A DNA stretch of 64,000 nt, from the NCBI GenBank assembly GCA_963833285.1, contig CAWHXM010000005.1, positions 285,324 to 349,323 of the forward strand, read 5' to 3'. The notes under the pieces were generated by a model, which saw only the letters and a program-made list of their open reading frames with translations, ran no database searches and was not told the DNA's origin. The position numbers were made by a program, and so were the translations under genes. The DNA is from an uncultured Chloroflexia bacterium. Its GTDB lineage: Bacteria > Chloroflexota > Limnocylindria > Limnocylindrales > CSP1-4. Below are positions 29,003-37,910 of the stretch, one piece after another; position 1 is the stretch's first letter, and every line of letters begins with the position of its first letter.

Positions 29003-30517
29003 CTAGGTAGGCCTGAGCCGCCCGGCCATGTCCGCGATCATCCGCCGGGCATCGGCCGAGTCGAAGTGCATCAGCGGATCGGTTTCGATGGCCTGTTCGA
29101 CGATCCGTCCGGCGATCCTCGTGTAGAGGACCGGATAGATCGCCCCCGAGCCGTCGGCCTCGAGTGTCGTGGCCAGCGCGTCCGGCCCGCCGGCGTCGAG
29201 CACGTGAGCCAGCGGCTGGATGCCGTCGTCGCGCAGACCGCCGGCCGGGTCGGCGGTGAGCACGTGGGCGAGATACCCACGCTGATGGAAGAGCACCGGC
29301 GATTCGGCCAGCTCGGCGGCGACGATGCCGGGCACCGCCTCCTGTGCGACGACCTGGCGTTCCGGATCGATCCCGAAATACGTCCGCGCGATGTGTCCGG
29401 CGAGCACGCGTGCGTTGTAGCGCGCGCCGTGGACCGCCCCTGAGTTCGAGGGCACGCCGTGCTTCTGGAGGCCCTTGGAACCCTGGCCTATCGTCCCGGC
29501 GAAGAAGATGCCCGGCACGCTCGCGCTCTCCCACCACGGCGTCTGGACCGGCAGGCGGCTCGCCCCGAAAGTCGTGACCCCCAGCTCGGGGAGGTCCACG
29601 AGCGGCGTCACGAAGCCGGTCGCCGAGATCGCGTCGTCGACCTCGATGGCGAGGTCCGCGCCGCCGTCGGTGCGCCGCAGGTGAACGGTCAACCGGCCGT
29701 CCGCCATCCGCTCGATCCGGTCGATCGCCGCGTCGAGCACGCTGACCCCGCCACCGAGCACGTGGTCCTCGTACGGTTGGACGTATCGGGCACGAACACC
29801 GACGAGCGTCTTGGTGTCGACCGACAGGCGAACCCGCGAGGGCGAGGCGACGACCAGCTGGCGCGCCCACGGCAGCAGCCCGGTGGCCAGCTCGAACCCG
29901 GAGTTCTGCTTGCCGATGATGAGCACGCGGTGATCGGCGTAGTCCTGGACCGGCCGGACATCGGCGTAGTGATGGGTGTACTCCATCCCGACGCCGGGCG
30001 GTGTGAACGGCTCGGCCACGCCGACCGCGGCCACGAGGACGCGGGCGTTGTACGTCCCGTCGGTCGTCTCGAGCTCGAACCGCTCGCCATCGGGAGTCGA
30101 CACCCGGCGCGTTCCCGTCCAGCGAGTGCCGTACCGGACGGCCACGCCGGCGCGGTCCGCGAACAGCGCCAGGTTGGCCTCCATCTCCGGCCGCGACGGG
30201 AAGTACGACGTCCCGTCCATGAGCGTCGGCTGGAGGGCACACGTGTCCGGCTCGTCGCCGAGCAGGCTGTTCCAGTCGTAGCGCTCGTAAGCGGGCGTGC
30301 CCCGCCTGGCCGGGGCGTGCGGCTTCGTCCACGACAGGAGCCGCTGGAAGAACGGCCAGCGCCGGAACATGCCACCCGGCGACGGGTCGGCCGAGATGAC
30401 CGCGTGACCGACGCCCAGCCGGCGCAACGAGTACGACACCTGGAGGGCGCCGGGGCCACTGCCGACGACGACGACCGGGTACTCGCCCGGCGGGAACGAG
30501 CCGCTCAGCTCCGCCAT
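29003..30517 (-). CDS. FAD/NAD(P)-binding oxidoreductase (flavin monooxygenase-like)
   Basis: Two Rossmann GxGxxG motifs (VVVVGSGPGALQ, LIIGKQNSGFE). Confidence 0.75.
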   Translation of the reverse strand: MAELSGSFPPGEYPVVVVGSGPGALQVSYSLRRLGVGHAVISADPSPGGMFRRWPFFQRLLSWTKPHAPARRGTPAYERYDWNSLLGDEPDTCALQPTLMDGTSYFPSRPEMEANLALFADRAGVAVRYGTRWTGTRRVSTPDGERFELETTDGTYNARVLVAAVGVAEPFTPPGVGMEYTHHYADVRPVQDYADHRVLIIGKQNSGFELATGLLPWARQLVVASPSRVRLSVDTKTLVGVRARYVQPYEDHVLGGGVSVLDAAIDRIERMADGRLTVHLRRTDGGADLAIEVDDAISATGFVTPLVDLPELGVTTFGASRLPVQTPWWESASVPGIFFAGTIGQGSKGLQKHGVPSNSGAVHGARYNARVLAGHIARTYFGIDPERQVVAQEAVPGIVAAELAESPVLFHQRGYLAHVLTADPAGGLRDDGIQPLAHVLDAGGPDALATTLEADGSGAIYPVLYTRIAGRIVEQAIETDPLMHFDSADARRMIADMAGRLRPT

Positions 30518-30927
30518 CGGTTCGCGGCCCGCAGCCGGCGGGCCTGCGCCTGGAGCATCCGCCACATGACCCTCGGGTGATCGACGAGGAACGGCTCGAC
30601 CCGCGGTCCGGCGAGGACGAGGCAGCGCAATTCGCGGAGGGCCACGACGTCGGCGATCGGCGACTCGCCGAGGATGATCGAAACCTCGCCGAAGAACTCG
30701 CCGCGCCCGAGCCGGGCCCGCTCCGTCCCGTCGACGACCACCGCCGCCTCACCATCGAGGATCACGTAGAAGCCCGATCCGGTCAGGCCCTGGCGAAGGA
30801 CCTTCTCACCCTCGCCGAAGACCACTTCCTCGAACAGGTGGACGATCCCTTCGAGACGGGGGTTCGGCAGGTCGGCGAACAGCGCGAACGAGGCGATGGT
30901 ATCGATCAGCTCCTCGCGTCCGGCCAT
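30505..30927 (-). CDS. standalone cyclic-nucleotide-binding domain protein (140 aa)
   Basis: cNMP-binding signature FGEGEKVLRQG ... FFGEVSII ... RELR; no HTH. Confidence 0.75.
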   Translation of the reverse strand: MAGREELIDTIASFALFADLPNPRLEGIVHLFEEVVFGEGEKVLRQGLTGSGFYVILDGEAAVVVDGTERARLGRGEFFGEVSIILGESPIADVVALRELRCLVLAGPRVEPFLVDHPRVMWRMLQAQARRLRAANRWRS

Positions 30928-31032
30928 GTCCGCATGGTGCCAGATAGCGGAGGAGAGCGGGTGCCGCTGGCGCGGTTGACGGCGCCGCGTCGCGCAGCGC
31001 AGCATGGCTGGGAAGCCACCCGGAGGTAGTGC

Positions 31033-31461
31033 ATGACCCTGACCCTCGACCGCAAGGCGGAGCTGCTGTCGGCCGCTCGGCTGTTCGATGGCGTCGACGC
31101 CGCCGGGATGGACCGGATCGCGGCCGTGGCGGTCCAGGTCGACTTCCCGGCCCATCATGTGATCGCGCGCCAGGGTGAGATCGGGACGGGGTTCTTCATC
31201 GTCGTCGACGGCGCCACCCGGGTGGTCCGCGACGGCGAGACCATCGCGACCCTCGGCCCCGGCGACTTCTTCGGCGAGCTGTCAGTCCTGGACGGCAAGC
31301 CGCGGAACGCCCAGGTCGTCGCCGTCGGGCCCACGACCTGCCTCGGGCTCGCGTCGTGGGACTTCGAGGCCGTCCTGCTCGCCGAGCCGCGCGTCGCCCT
31401 TGCGATCCTGCGCGGGCTCGCGACGCGCCTGCGCGACCTGACCGACCAATCCCATCACTGA
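31033..31461 (+). CDS. standalone cyclic-nucleotide-binding domain protein (142 aa)
   Basis: GEIGTGFFIVVDG ... GPGDFFGELSVL ... cNMP-binding motifs; GGAGG Shine-Dalgarno. Confidence 0.8.
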   Translation: MTLTLDRKAELLSAARLFDGVDAAGMDRIAAVAVQVDFPAHHVIARQGEIGTGFFIVVDGATRVVRDGETIATLGPGDFFGELSVLDGKPRNAQVVAVGPTTCLGLASWDFEAVLLAEPRVALAILRGLATRLRDLTDQSHH

Positions 31462-31483
31462 CCCGCGACCGACCTCGCCCTCG

Positions 31484-34258
31484 ATGACCGAGTCGCAGCC
31501 GGCGCCGGGCGGCACCGTCACCTTCCTCTTCACCGACATCGAAGGCTCGACGCAGCTGGAGCAGCGTCTCGGCACGGAGCGCTACGCCGAGGTCCTCGAA
31601 CGCCACCGGGCGCTGCTGCGCGAGGCGTGGGCGGCCAACGCCGGCGTCGAACAGGGCACCGAAGGCGATTCGTTCTTCGTCACCTTCGCGCGCGCGACCT
31701 CGGCGCTGGCCGCGGCGATCGCCGGGCAACGCGCGTTGCGCGCCGCGGCCTGGCCGGACGGTGTCGATGTCCGGGTCCGGATGGGGCTCCACACCGGCGA
31801 ATCGGAGCGCATCGGCGCCGCCGGCGGAGGCGGCGGCATGGTCGGCATCGACATCAACCAGGCAGCGCGCATCGCGGCGGTCGCCCACGGCGGCCAGATC
31901 CTGATGTCCGAGTCCACCCGTGGGCTCCTGACCACCCACCTGCCCGGCGAAGTCAGCCTGCGCGACCTTGGCGCGTTCCGCCTCAAGGACCTCCTGGCGC
32001 CGGTCCATCTCGTCCAGGTCATCGTCGACGGCCTGCCGAGCGAGTTCCCGGCCCCACGGACGCCCGACGCCCACCCCAACAACCTCCCGACCCAGCTGAC
32101 GACGTTCGTCGGTCGCGACGCGGAGCTGGCCGAGGCGGCGGCGCTGCTCGGCACGACTCGACTCCTGACCCTGACCGGTCCGGGCGGCACCGGGAAGACG
32201 CGGCTGTCGCTGCAGCTCGCCGCCCGCGTGTCGGACGACTTCCGGGACGGCGTCTTCTTCGTCCCGCTCGAGCCCATCCGCGACCCGATGCTGGTCGCGC
32301 CGAGGATCGCCGGCACGGTCGGCGTCACCGAGGGCGGCGCCCGGCCGATCGCCGACTCGCTCGCGGACTGGCTCCGCGACAGGACGACGCTGCTCGTGCT
32401 CGACAACTTCGAGCAGGTCGTCGCGGCTGCGCCGATGGTCGCCGACCTGCTCCGTGCCGCACCGGCGATCAAGATGATCGTCACCAGCCGCGCTGCGCTC
32501 CACGTCTCGGGTGAGCAGGAGTACCCGGTCCCGGGGCTACCCATCCCGCCCGATCCCAGCCATCTCAGCGGGCTCGAGCGGCTGGCCATGCCCGGTGGGA
32601 CGCGGGCGATCGACCCGGCCACGCTCGAGCAATACGCCGCCGTCCGCCTGTTCATCGAGCGCGCGGTGGCGGTCAAGCCCGGTTTCATGGTCACCAACGA
32701 GAACGCGCCGGCGGTCGCTGGCATCTGCGCCCGGCTCCAGGGCATGCCGCTCGCCATCGAGCTGGCGGCGGCGCGGATCAAGTTGCTGTCACCCGAGGCC
32801 ATCCTCGGCCGGCTCGAACACCAGCTCGACCTCCTCGCGGCGGGCGCGCGCGACTTGCCGCCCCGCCAGCAGACGTTGCGCGCCGCGATCGCCTGGAGCT
32901 ACGACATCCTCGACGACGGGGCGAAGCGGCTGCTCGATCGCCTGTCGGTCTTCGCCAGCGGGTTCGACCTCGCCTCGGCCGATGCGATCAGCGGCCCGTC
33001 ATCGGAGATCGGCGGCGACATCGTCGATGGCGTGATGGCCCTCCTCGACCAGAGCCTGGTCAAGCCGGAGGAGACGGCCCTGGGCGAGTCGCGTTTCCGG
33101 CTCCTCGACACCATCCGCGAATACGCCGCCGAGCACCTCGAGGTGCGTGGCGAGACCGCCCTCGTCCAGGGGCGCCATCGAGACTGGTACGTGGCCCTCG
33201 CGACGCAGGCCGCGGCCGAGCTGTCGGGCGCCGACCAGCGGCGCTGGCTCGACCGCCTCGAGCTCGAGCACGACGACATCCGGGCGGTCCTCGACCGGGC
33301 GGTCGCGGCCCAGGACCCGCCGGTGGCGATCGGCCTGGCATTCTCGATGTGGCGCTTCTGGCAGAAGCACGGCCATCTCGCCGAGGCCCGGATGCGTCTC
33401 GATGCCATGGCCGCCGCACGGTGGTCGCACGACGACCCCCGCCTCCGCGCGAAGCTGATGGAGGCCCTCGGCGGCACCTGCTGGTGGCAGGGCCAGCTCG
33501 AACCCATGGGCCGCTGCTACGACGAGGCGCTCGAGCTGTGGCTCGCCATCGGCGACGACGCCGAGATCGCAAACGCCTACTACAACGCGTCCTTCAAGTA
33601 CTCGGTCGCCGCGGACGGCCTGCTCTCCCAGGGCGATCTCTACGCCGACCCGGATGGTCTCGGGCTCACCTACCTCGAGAACGCGCGCGACACGTACCAC
33701 CGGATCGGCGACCGGCGTGGCGAGGCGAACGCGCTGTGGGGGCTCGGCAACTACCGCTATTTCCGCATGCACGAGGGGTTCGGCATCGAGGAGAACCGGC
33801 AGTCGCTCGAGATCTTCCGCGAGGTCGGCGACCGGACGATGGAGGCGTGGGCCCTCCACATGCTCGGGACGGGTCTCCTCCGCGCCGGCGATCCGGTCGA
33901 GGCCAAGGTCCACATCGCGCACGCCGTCCGGCACTTCTACGCCGCCGGCGATGCCGCGGGCCTGACGCTGACCCTGGACGACCTGTCGGCGGTCGCCGTG
34001 GCGGAGGGCGACCTCCCTCGTGCCGCCCGGCTGCGCGGCGCGGCGCGCAACCTCACCACGGAGACCGGGGCCGGCCTGGCGGGGTTCGTCGAGGACTCGT
34101 TCGAGGCGGGCGTCCGGCCTGGTGTCCGCTCCCACATGTCCGAGGCGGACCTCGTGCGCTATGGGGACGAGGGCGCGGCCATGACGCTCGACGAGGCCGT
34201 CGCGTTTGCCCTCGAGGGTGTCGCCGACCACGTCGCGGACGACGGGGACGTGGCGTAG
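31484..34258 (+). CDS. class III adenylate/guanylate cyclase fused to NB-ARC/AAA ATPase and TPR repeats
   Basis: Cyclase motifs FLFTDIEGST and RVRMGLHTGE; Walker A LTGPGGTGKTRL; C-terminal TPR-like helical repeats. Confidence 0.85.
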   Translation: MTESQPAPGGTVTFLFTDIEGSTQLEQRLGTERYAEVLERHRALLREAWAANAGVEQGTEGDSFFVTFARATSALAAAIAGQRALRAAAWPDGVDVRVRMGLHTGESERIGAAGGGGGMVGIDINQAARIAAVAHGGQILMSESTRGLLTTHLPGEVSLRDLGAFRLKDLLAPVHLVQVIVDGLPSEFPAPRTPDAHPNNLPTQLTTFVGRDAELAEAAALLGTTRLLTLTGPGGTGKTRLSLQLAARVSDDFRDGVFFVPLEPIRDPMLVAPRIAGTVGVTEGGARPIADSLADWLRDRTTLLVLDNFEQVVAAAPMVADLLRAAPAIKMIVTSRAALHVSGEQEYPVPGLPIPPDPSHLSGLERLAMPGGTRAIDPATLEQYAAVRLFIERAVAVKPGFMVTNENAPAVAGICARLQGMPLAIELAAARIKLLSPEAILGRLEHQLDLLAAGARDLPPRQQTLRAAIAWSYDILDDGAKRLLDRLSVFASGFDLASADAISGPSSEIGGDIVDGVMALLDQSLVKPEETALGESRFRLLDTIREYAAEHLEVRGETALVQGRHRDWYVALATQAAAELSGADQRRWLDRLELEHDDIRAVLDRAVAAQDPPVAIGLAFSMWRFWQKHGHLAEARMRLDAMAAARWSHDDPRLRAKLMEALGGTCWWQGQLEPMGRCYDEALELWLAIGDDAEIANAYYNASFKYSVAADGLLSQGDLYADPDGLGLTYLENARDTYHRIGDRRGEANALWGLGNYRYFRMHEGFGIEENRQSLEIFREVGDRTMEAWALHMLGTGLLRAGDPVEAKVHIAHAVRHFYAAGDAAGLTLTLDDLSAVAVAEGDLPRAARLRGAARNLTTETGAGLAGFVEDSFEAGVRPGVRSHMSEADLVRYGDEGAAMTLDEAVAFALEGVADHVADDGDVA

Positions 34259-34259
34259 C

Positions 34260-34373
34260 ATGCTGGGCGTGACCAGGGAATCGATGGACGTGGCGATCGC
34301 CCGGACGGACGAACGGAAGTGCAAGCTGATCCGTCGCTGCGGCTGCTTCCTGTCGTGCTCGGACTACTACTGA
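34260..34373 (+). CDS. unannotated 37-aa Cys-rich small ORF (MLGVTRESMDVAIARTDERKCKLIRRCGCFLSCSDYY)
   Basis: ATG overlaps the cyclase stop (TAGCATG); there are four Cys in the last 17 residues. It fills an otherwise unexplained 140-nt gap. Confidence 0.3.
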   Translation: MLGVTRESMDVAIARTDERKCKLIRRCGCFLSCSDYY

Positions 34374-34398
34374 CGGCCACCGGCCAGCGGGACACACC

Positions 34399-34824
34399 AT
34401 GATCGAGACCCTTCCCCCGATCGTCCTCGAGATCGAGACACCCGCCTCGGCGGACGCGGCGTGGGCCGCCCTGACCGAGCCCGACCTCGTCGCCGAATGG
34501 CTGACCGATGCGACGCCGGTGGGCGCCGTCGGCGATCGCTATCGCCTCGATTTCGGGGATGGCAGCGTCGTCGAGGGCGTCATCCGCGAGATCGAGCCCG
34601 GACGCCGCTTCGTCCACAGCTGGATCTGGACCGACGCGTCCCCGACACAGGAGACGGTCGTCGCCTGGACCGTCGAGCCGCTGCCCAACGGCGGCGGGCG
34701 GATCACGCTCGTCCACGACGGCTGGGCCGAAGCGGGTGCGGATTCGGTCGCCAGGGACGACCACGAGGCGTACTGGAGCGGCTACCTGGACGACCTCGCC
34801 GAGATCCTCGCCGAGCGCGCCTGA
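34399..34824 (+). CDS. SRPBCC (AHSA1/polyketide-cyclase-like) domain protein
   Basis: 141 aa with the typical beta-grip pattern (RFVHSWIW ... WTVEP ... ITLVHDGW). Confidence 0.7.
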   Translation: MIETLPPIVLEIETPASADAAWAALTEPDLVAEWLTDATPVGAVGDRYRLDFGDGSVVEGVIREIEPGRRFVHSWIWTDASPTQETVVAWTVEPLPNGGGRITLVHDGWAEAGADSVARDDHEAYWSGYLDDLAEILAERA

Positions 34825-34878
34825 CCGCTCGGCCCGGTCGGGGGTCGGACTGGTCCGACTCGGCTAGACTGGCGTCCG

Positions 34879-35742
34879 ATGACGACCCAGACGCCGCCCG
34901 ATCCGGCACGCGACAAGACCGGGATCCCCAGGAACCCCGGGCGGCGTGACCTCGGGATGCGGGCGACCCTGGTCTTCCCGAACCGCGAGATCGTCGACCG
35001 CTACTACGTCCCGATCATCTACACCGCCTGCCGGACCTGCTATTCGGAGCAGGACCCGGACGAGATCTTCCGGCGCGCGGTCGAGGGCGAGTTCGACCCG
35101 CTCAAGATGCAGAAGCTGATCGGGTCGGTCATCGAATCGGGCCACGGCTCGACCATCGAGCACGTCGTCTTCACGTTCGCCATCAGCGGCGTGTCGCGGA
35201 CGCTGTCGCACCAGCTCGTCCGGCACCGCGCCGGCGTGGCGTTCGACCAGCAGAGCCAGCGCTACGTAAAATTCAAGGGCGCGGCGACGATGCTCCCCCA
35301 TTCCATCGCCGAGGGCGACCCCGACCTGCGCGGGCGCTACGAGGAGCAGGTGGACGGGGCGCTGGGGCTGTACGGCGAGCTGCTGGGCGCCGGCGTGCCC
35401 GGCGAGGACGCCCGTTTCGTGTTCCCCAACGCGACCCGGACGAACCTGGTCATGACCACCAACCTGCGGGCGCTCATCCACATGTCCGGCCTGCGCCTGT
35501 GCACGATGGCCCAATGGGAGATCCGGCGGCTCTTCCAGCTCATCCGCCACGAGATCTTCGCGGTCTCGCCGTTCCTCGGCTCGTTCCTCGCCCCGAAGTG
35601 CGTGCCGCTCGGCTACTGCGACGAGTTCAACAACCGCGACGGCCATTGCCCGATCCGGCCGCACAAGGACCAGGTCCTCGCGGCCTGGGCGGAGAAGGCG
35701 GCCGCCGCGAAGGCCGCCGGTCGCGAGCTGCCGGTTTCCTGA
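34879..35742 (+). CDS. thyX: FAD-dependent thymidylate synthase ThyX
   Basis: ThyX signature RHRxxxxxxxSxRY (LVRHRAGVAFDQQSQRY) and HGSTIEHVVFTF. Confidence 0.9.
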   Translation: MTTQTPPDPARDKTGIPRNPGRRDLGMRATLVFPNREIVDRYYVPIIYTACRTCYSEQDPDEIFRRAVEGEFDPLKMQKLIGSVIESGHGSTIEHVVFTFAISGVSRTLSHQLVRHRAGVAFDQQSQRYVKFKGAATMLPHSIAEGDPDLRGRYEEQVDGALGLYGELLGAGVPGEDARFVFPNATRTNLVMTTNLRALIHMSGLRLCTMAQWEIRRLFQLIRHEIFAVSPFLGSFLAPKCVPLGYCDEFNNRDGHCPIRPHKDQVLAAWAEKAAAAKAAGRELPVS

Positions 35743-35852
35743 AGTTCGGGTCGCCCGAGGCGCGGTCCCCTCAGACGCGGTCCCCTGCGGCGCGGGGCAC
35801 CGGCCGTCCGAAGCGCAGGTCGCCTCGGGAGCGGGTCGCCCGGGACGCAGGC

Positions 35853-36254
35853 CTAGGTGTCCGTCGCCGCGACACCCTCGAGCGCATCGCGGATCGCCGC
35901 GTCCAGCCGCGCGCCCGTCGGCTGTCCGAGCAGGATCGTCACGCCATGGGACCCGCTCGCCTCCTCCCAGCTGAGCGCCAGCCCGGGCGAAGTCAGCACG
36001 ACCGGCGTGTCGGGATGGATGTCGCGGATGTTCTCGATGAGGGTTCGGGACCCCTCGGCGTCGCCGCTGGCCCACACGTCGTAGACCAGCACATCGGCCC
36101 GTTCGGCGAGATCGCAGGCCCGTCCGGCCAGGACCGGACAACGATTGCGACTGGGTCCACCGCACTCGACCACGTCGTAGCCGAACCGACGAAGCGAATC
36201 GACCTCCTGCCCTGCGAGGTCGAGGTCGTGATGGACGACGAGGACGCGCGTCAT
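35853..36254 (-). CDS. receiver-like (CheY-fold) domain protein with a degenerate acidic pocket
   Basis: MTRVLVVHHDLDLAG ... DVLVYDVWA ... beta/alpha alternation resembling a receiver with HH replacing DD. Confidence 0.45.
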   Translation of the reverse strand: MTRVLVVHHDLDLAGQEVDSLRRFGYDVVECGGPSRNRCPVLAGRACDLAERADVLVYDVWASGDAEGSRTLIENIRDIHPDTPVVLTSPGLALSWEEASGSHGVTILLGQPTGARLDAAIRDALEGVAATDT

Positions 36255-36637
36255 GTCACGCCTCCGATCGGTGTGCGTCGTCCGGTCCACACGGGCCGGT
36301 GATCGCCCGAGTGTGGGCCGGCCTCCAGTCTCGACCGAGTGGCGAAGGTCATCCGCCGGCAGGCCGTCCGGCACCCCTGCATGCGGTCGAAGCGGGGGTA
36401 CGGGCGGTCGCGTCGCGGCACTCGGCTCGGCGGGTCACCGCCGGGGTCCACCGCCGGGTTCCGTTTGCCGGGTTCCGTTGGCCGGGCCGAAACTGTCCTC
36501 TGACGGGCGACGAGGCGCGCCCGATGGGGTCACGATCGAGCTCCGCGCCCCCGAGATGTCGCCTGGCAGGCGACGAAACGTGCCGGGTTGGTGCGACCGT
36601 GGCCCGCCGACCACCCGGCCGCGACCGGGCGATGCCA

Positions 36638-37512
36638 TCAACCGGGCGGCAGCTCGGCGACGAACCGGGCGATGACGCGTGCCAGCCGCGGTCCCGCGAC
36701 CTGGCCCGCCGCGAGGACCTCTTCGTGCGTCAACGGCTCGCCGGTGTACCCGGCGCCGGCGTTCGTCACGAGCGACACGCCACAGACCTCGAGGCCGACC
36801 CACCGCGCGGCGATACATTCCAGCACGGTGGACATCCCGACCGCATGGCCGCCGATCGACGCCAGCCAGCGGACCTCCGCCGGGGTCTCGTAGGTGGGGC
36901 CGGTCAGCCCGACGTAGACGCCTTCGGCGAGGTCGATCCCCTCGGCCGCCGCGGCCGCGTGCAGGCGCTCCCGCAGACGGGGACTCCAGGCCTCGGTCAG
37001 GTCCGGGAAGCGTGGCCCGAGCTCGTCTGCGTTCTGGCCGATGAGCGGGCTGCGCCCGGTCAGGTTGATGTGGTCGCGCATGACCATGAGCGTCCCCGGG
37101 CCGAACGTCGGATCCAGACCACCCGCCGCATTGGTCAGCACCACGATCCGCGCGCCGAGCCGGCGGAACAGCAGGACCGGCTGGATGACGAGGCCCGGGT
37201 CGTTGCCCTCGTACAGGTGGAAGCGGCCCTGGAGCATGACTACGCGCCTGCCGCCGAGGCTCCCCAGGAGCAGCCGACCGACGTGACCCGGCGCGGTCGC
37301 CGCCGGCCAGCCGGGCAGCTCGTCGAACGGGATCGCGACCGGGTCGAGGAGGTCGTCGGCGAGGCTGCCGAGACCCGACCCGAGGACGATCCCGACCTCA
37401 GGCAGCAGCGCGGTCCGGGCACGCACGGCGGCCTCGAGCGCGGCCAGGCGTGGGGGTTGGTCGACCGGCGGGATCGGGCGCATCGGGTCGACGCGGGACG
37501 TCATGTCGGACA
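36638..37512 (-). CDS. punA: purine nucleoside phosphorylase (PNP/MTAP family)
   Basis: Conserved blocks GSGLGSLAD, LTNAAGGL, VGMSTV and LVTNAGAGYT. The N-terminal 80 aa of the listed ORF are leader, not protein. Confidence 0.85.
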
Positions 37513-37910
37513 TGCGGCGGCCTCCACAGCGATTCGGGGAGTTCGACGGTCGAGGCCGCGGGGGCTTCGTGCCCGACGGAAGTATCGACACCGGGATGCC
37601 GATCACGTCCCGTCGGGCTCGTCCACGCGAGCGCACCGTGGTGAGACGGCGACCACATGGGCAACGAAGCGCCCGAAGCGACCGGCGGCGGAGCGAAGGG
37701 TCCTTGATGTGATCTCGGGGTCCTTCGATCCTGTCGGCCCCTTCGGGCAAGACCTACGGTACGGGCGGCCGGTCCGGTGGGTCAACGCGGTTATCCACGA
37801 AGTCCCGCGGGTGTCGGCCGGAGCCATCCACGAGTTGTGGACGGCTGTTGACAGGCTGTGGAGAAGACCGGCTGCGGTCCCTCCGCCCTCGGCGCCAGTT
37901 CCCCGATCTC

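Noticed and set aside
30928-31032. Possible CRP/FNR-type site (TGGCTgggaAGCCA) between the two cNMP-binding genes
   Set aside because: Neither flanking protein has a DNA-binding domain, and the palindrome does not match TGTGA-N6-TCACA; kept only as a remark inside the cAMP finding.
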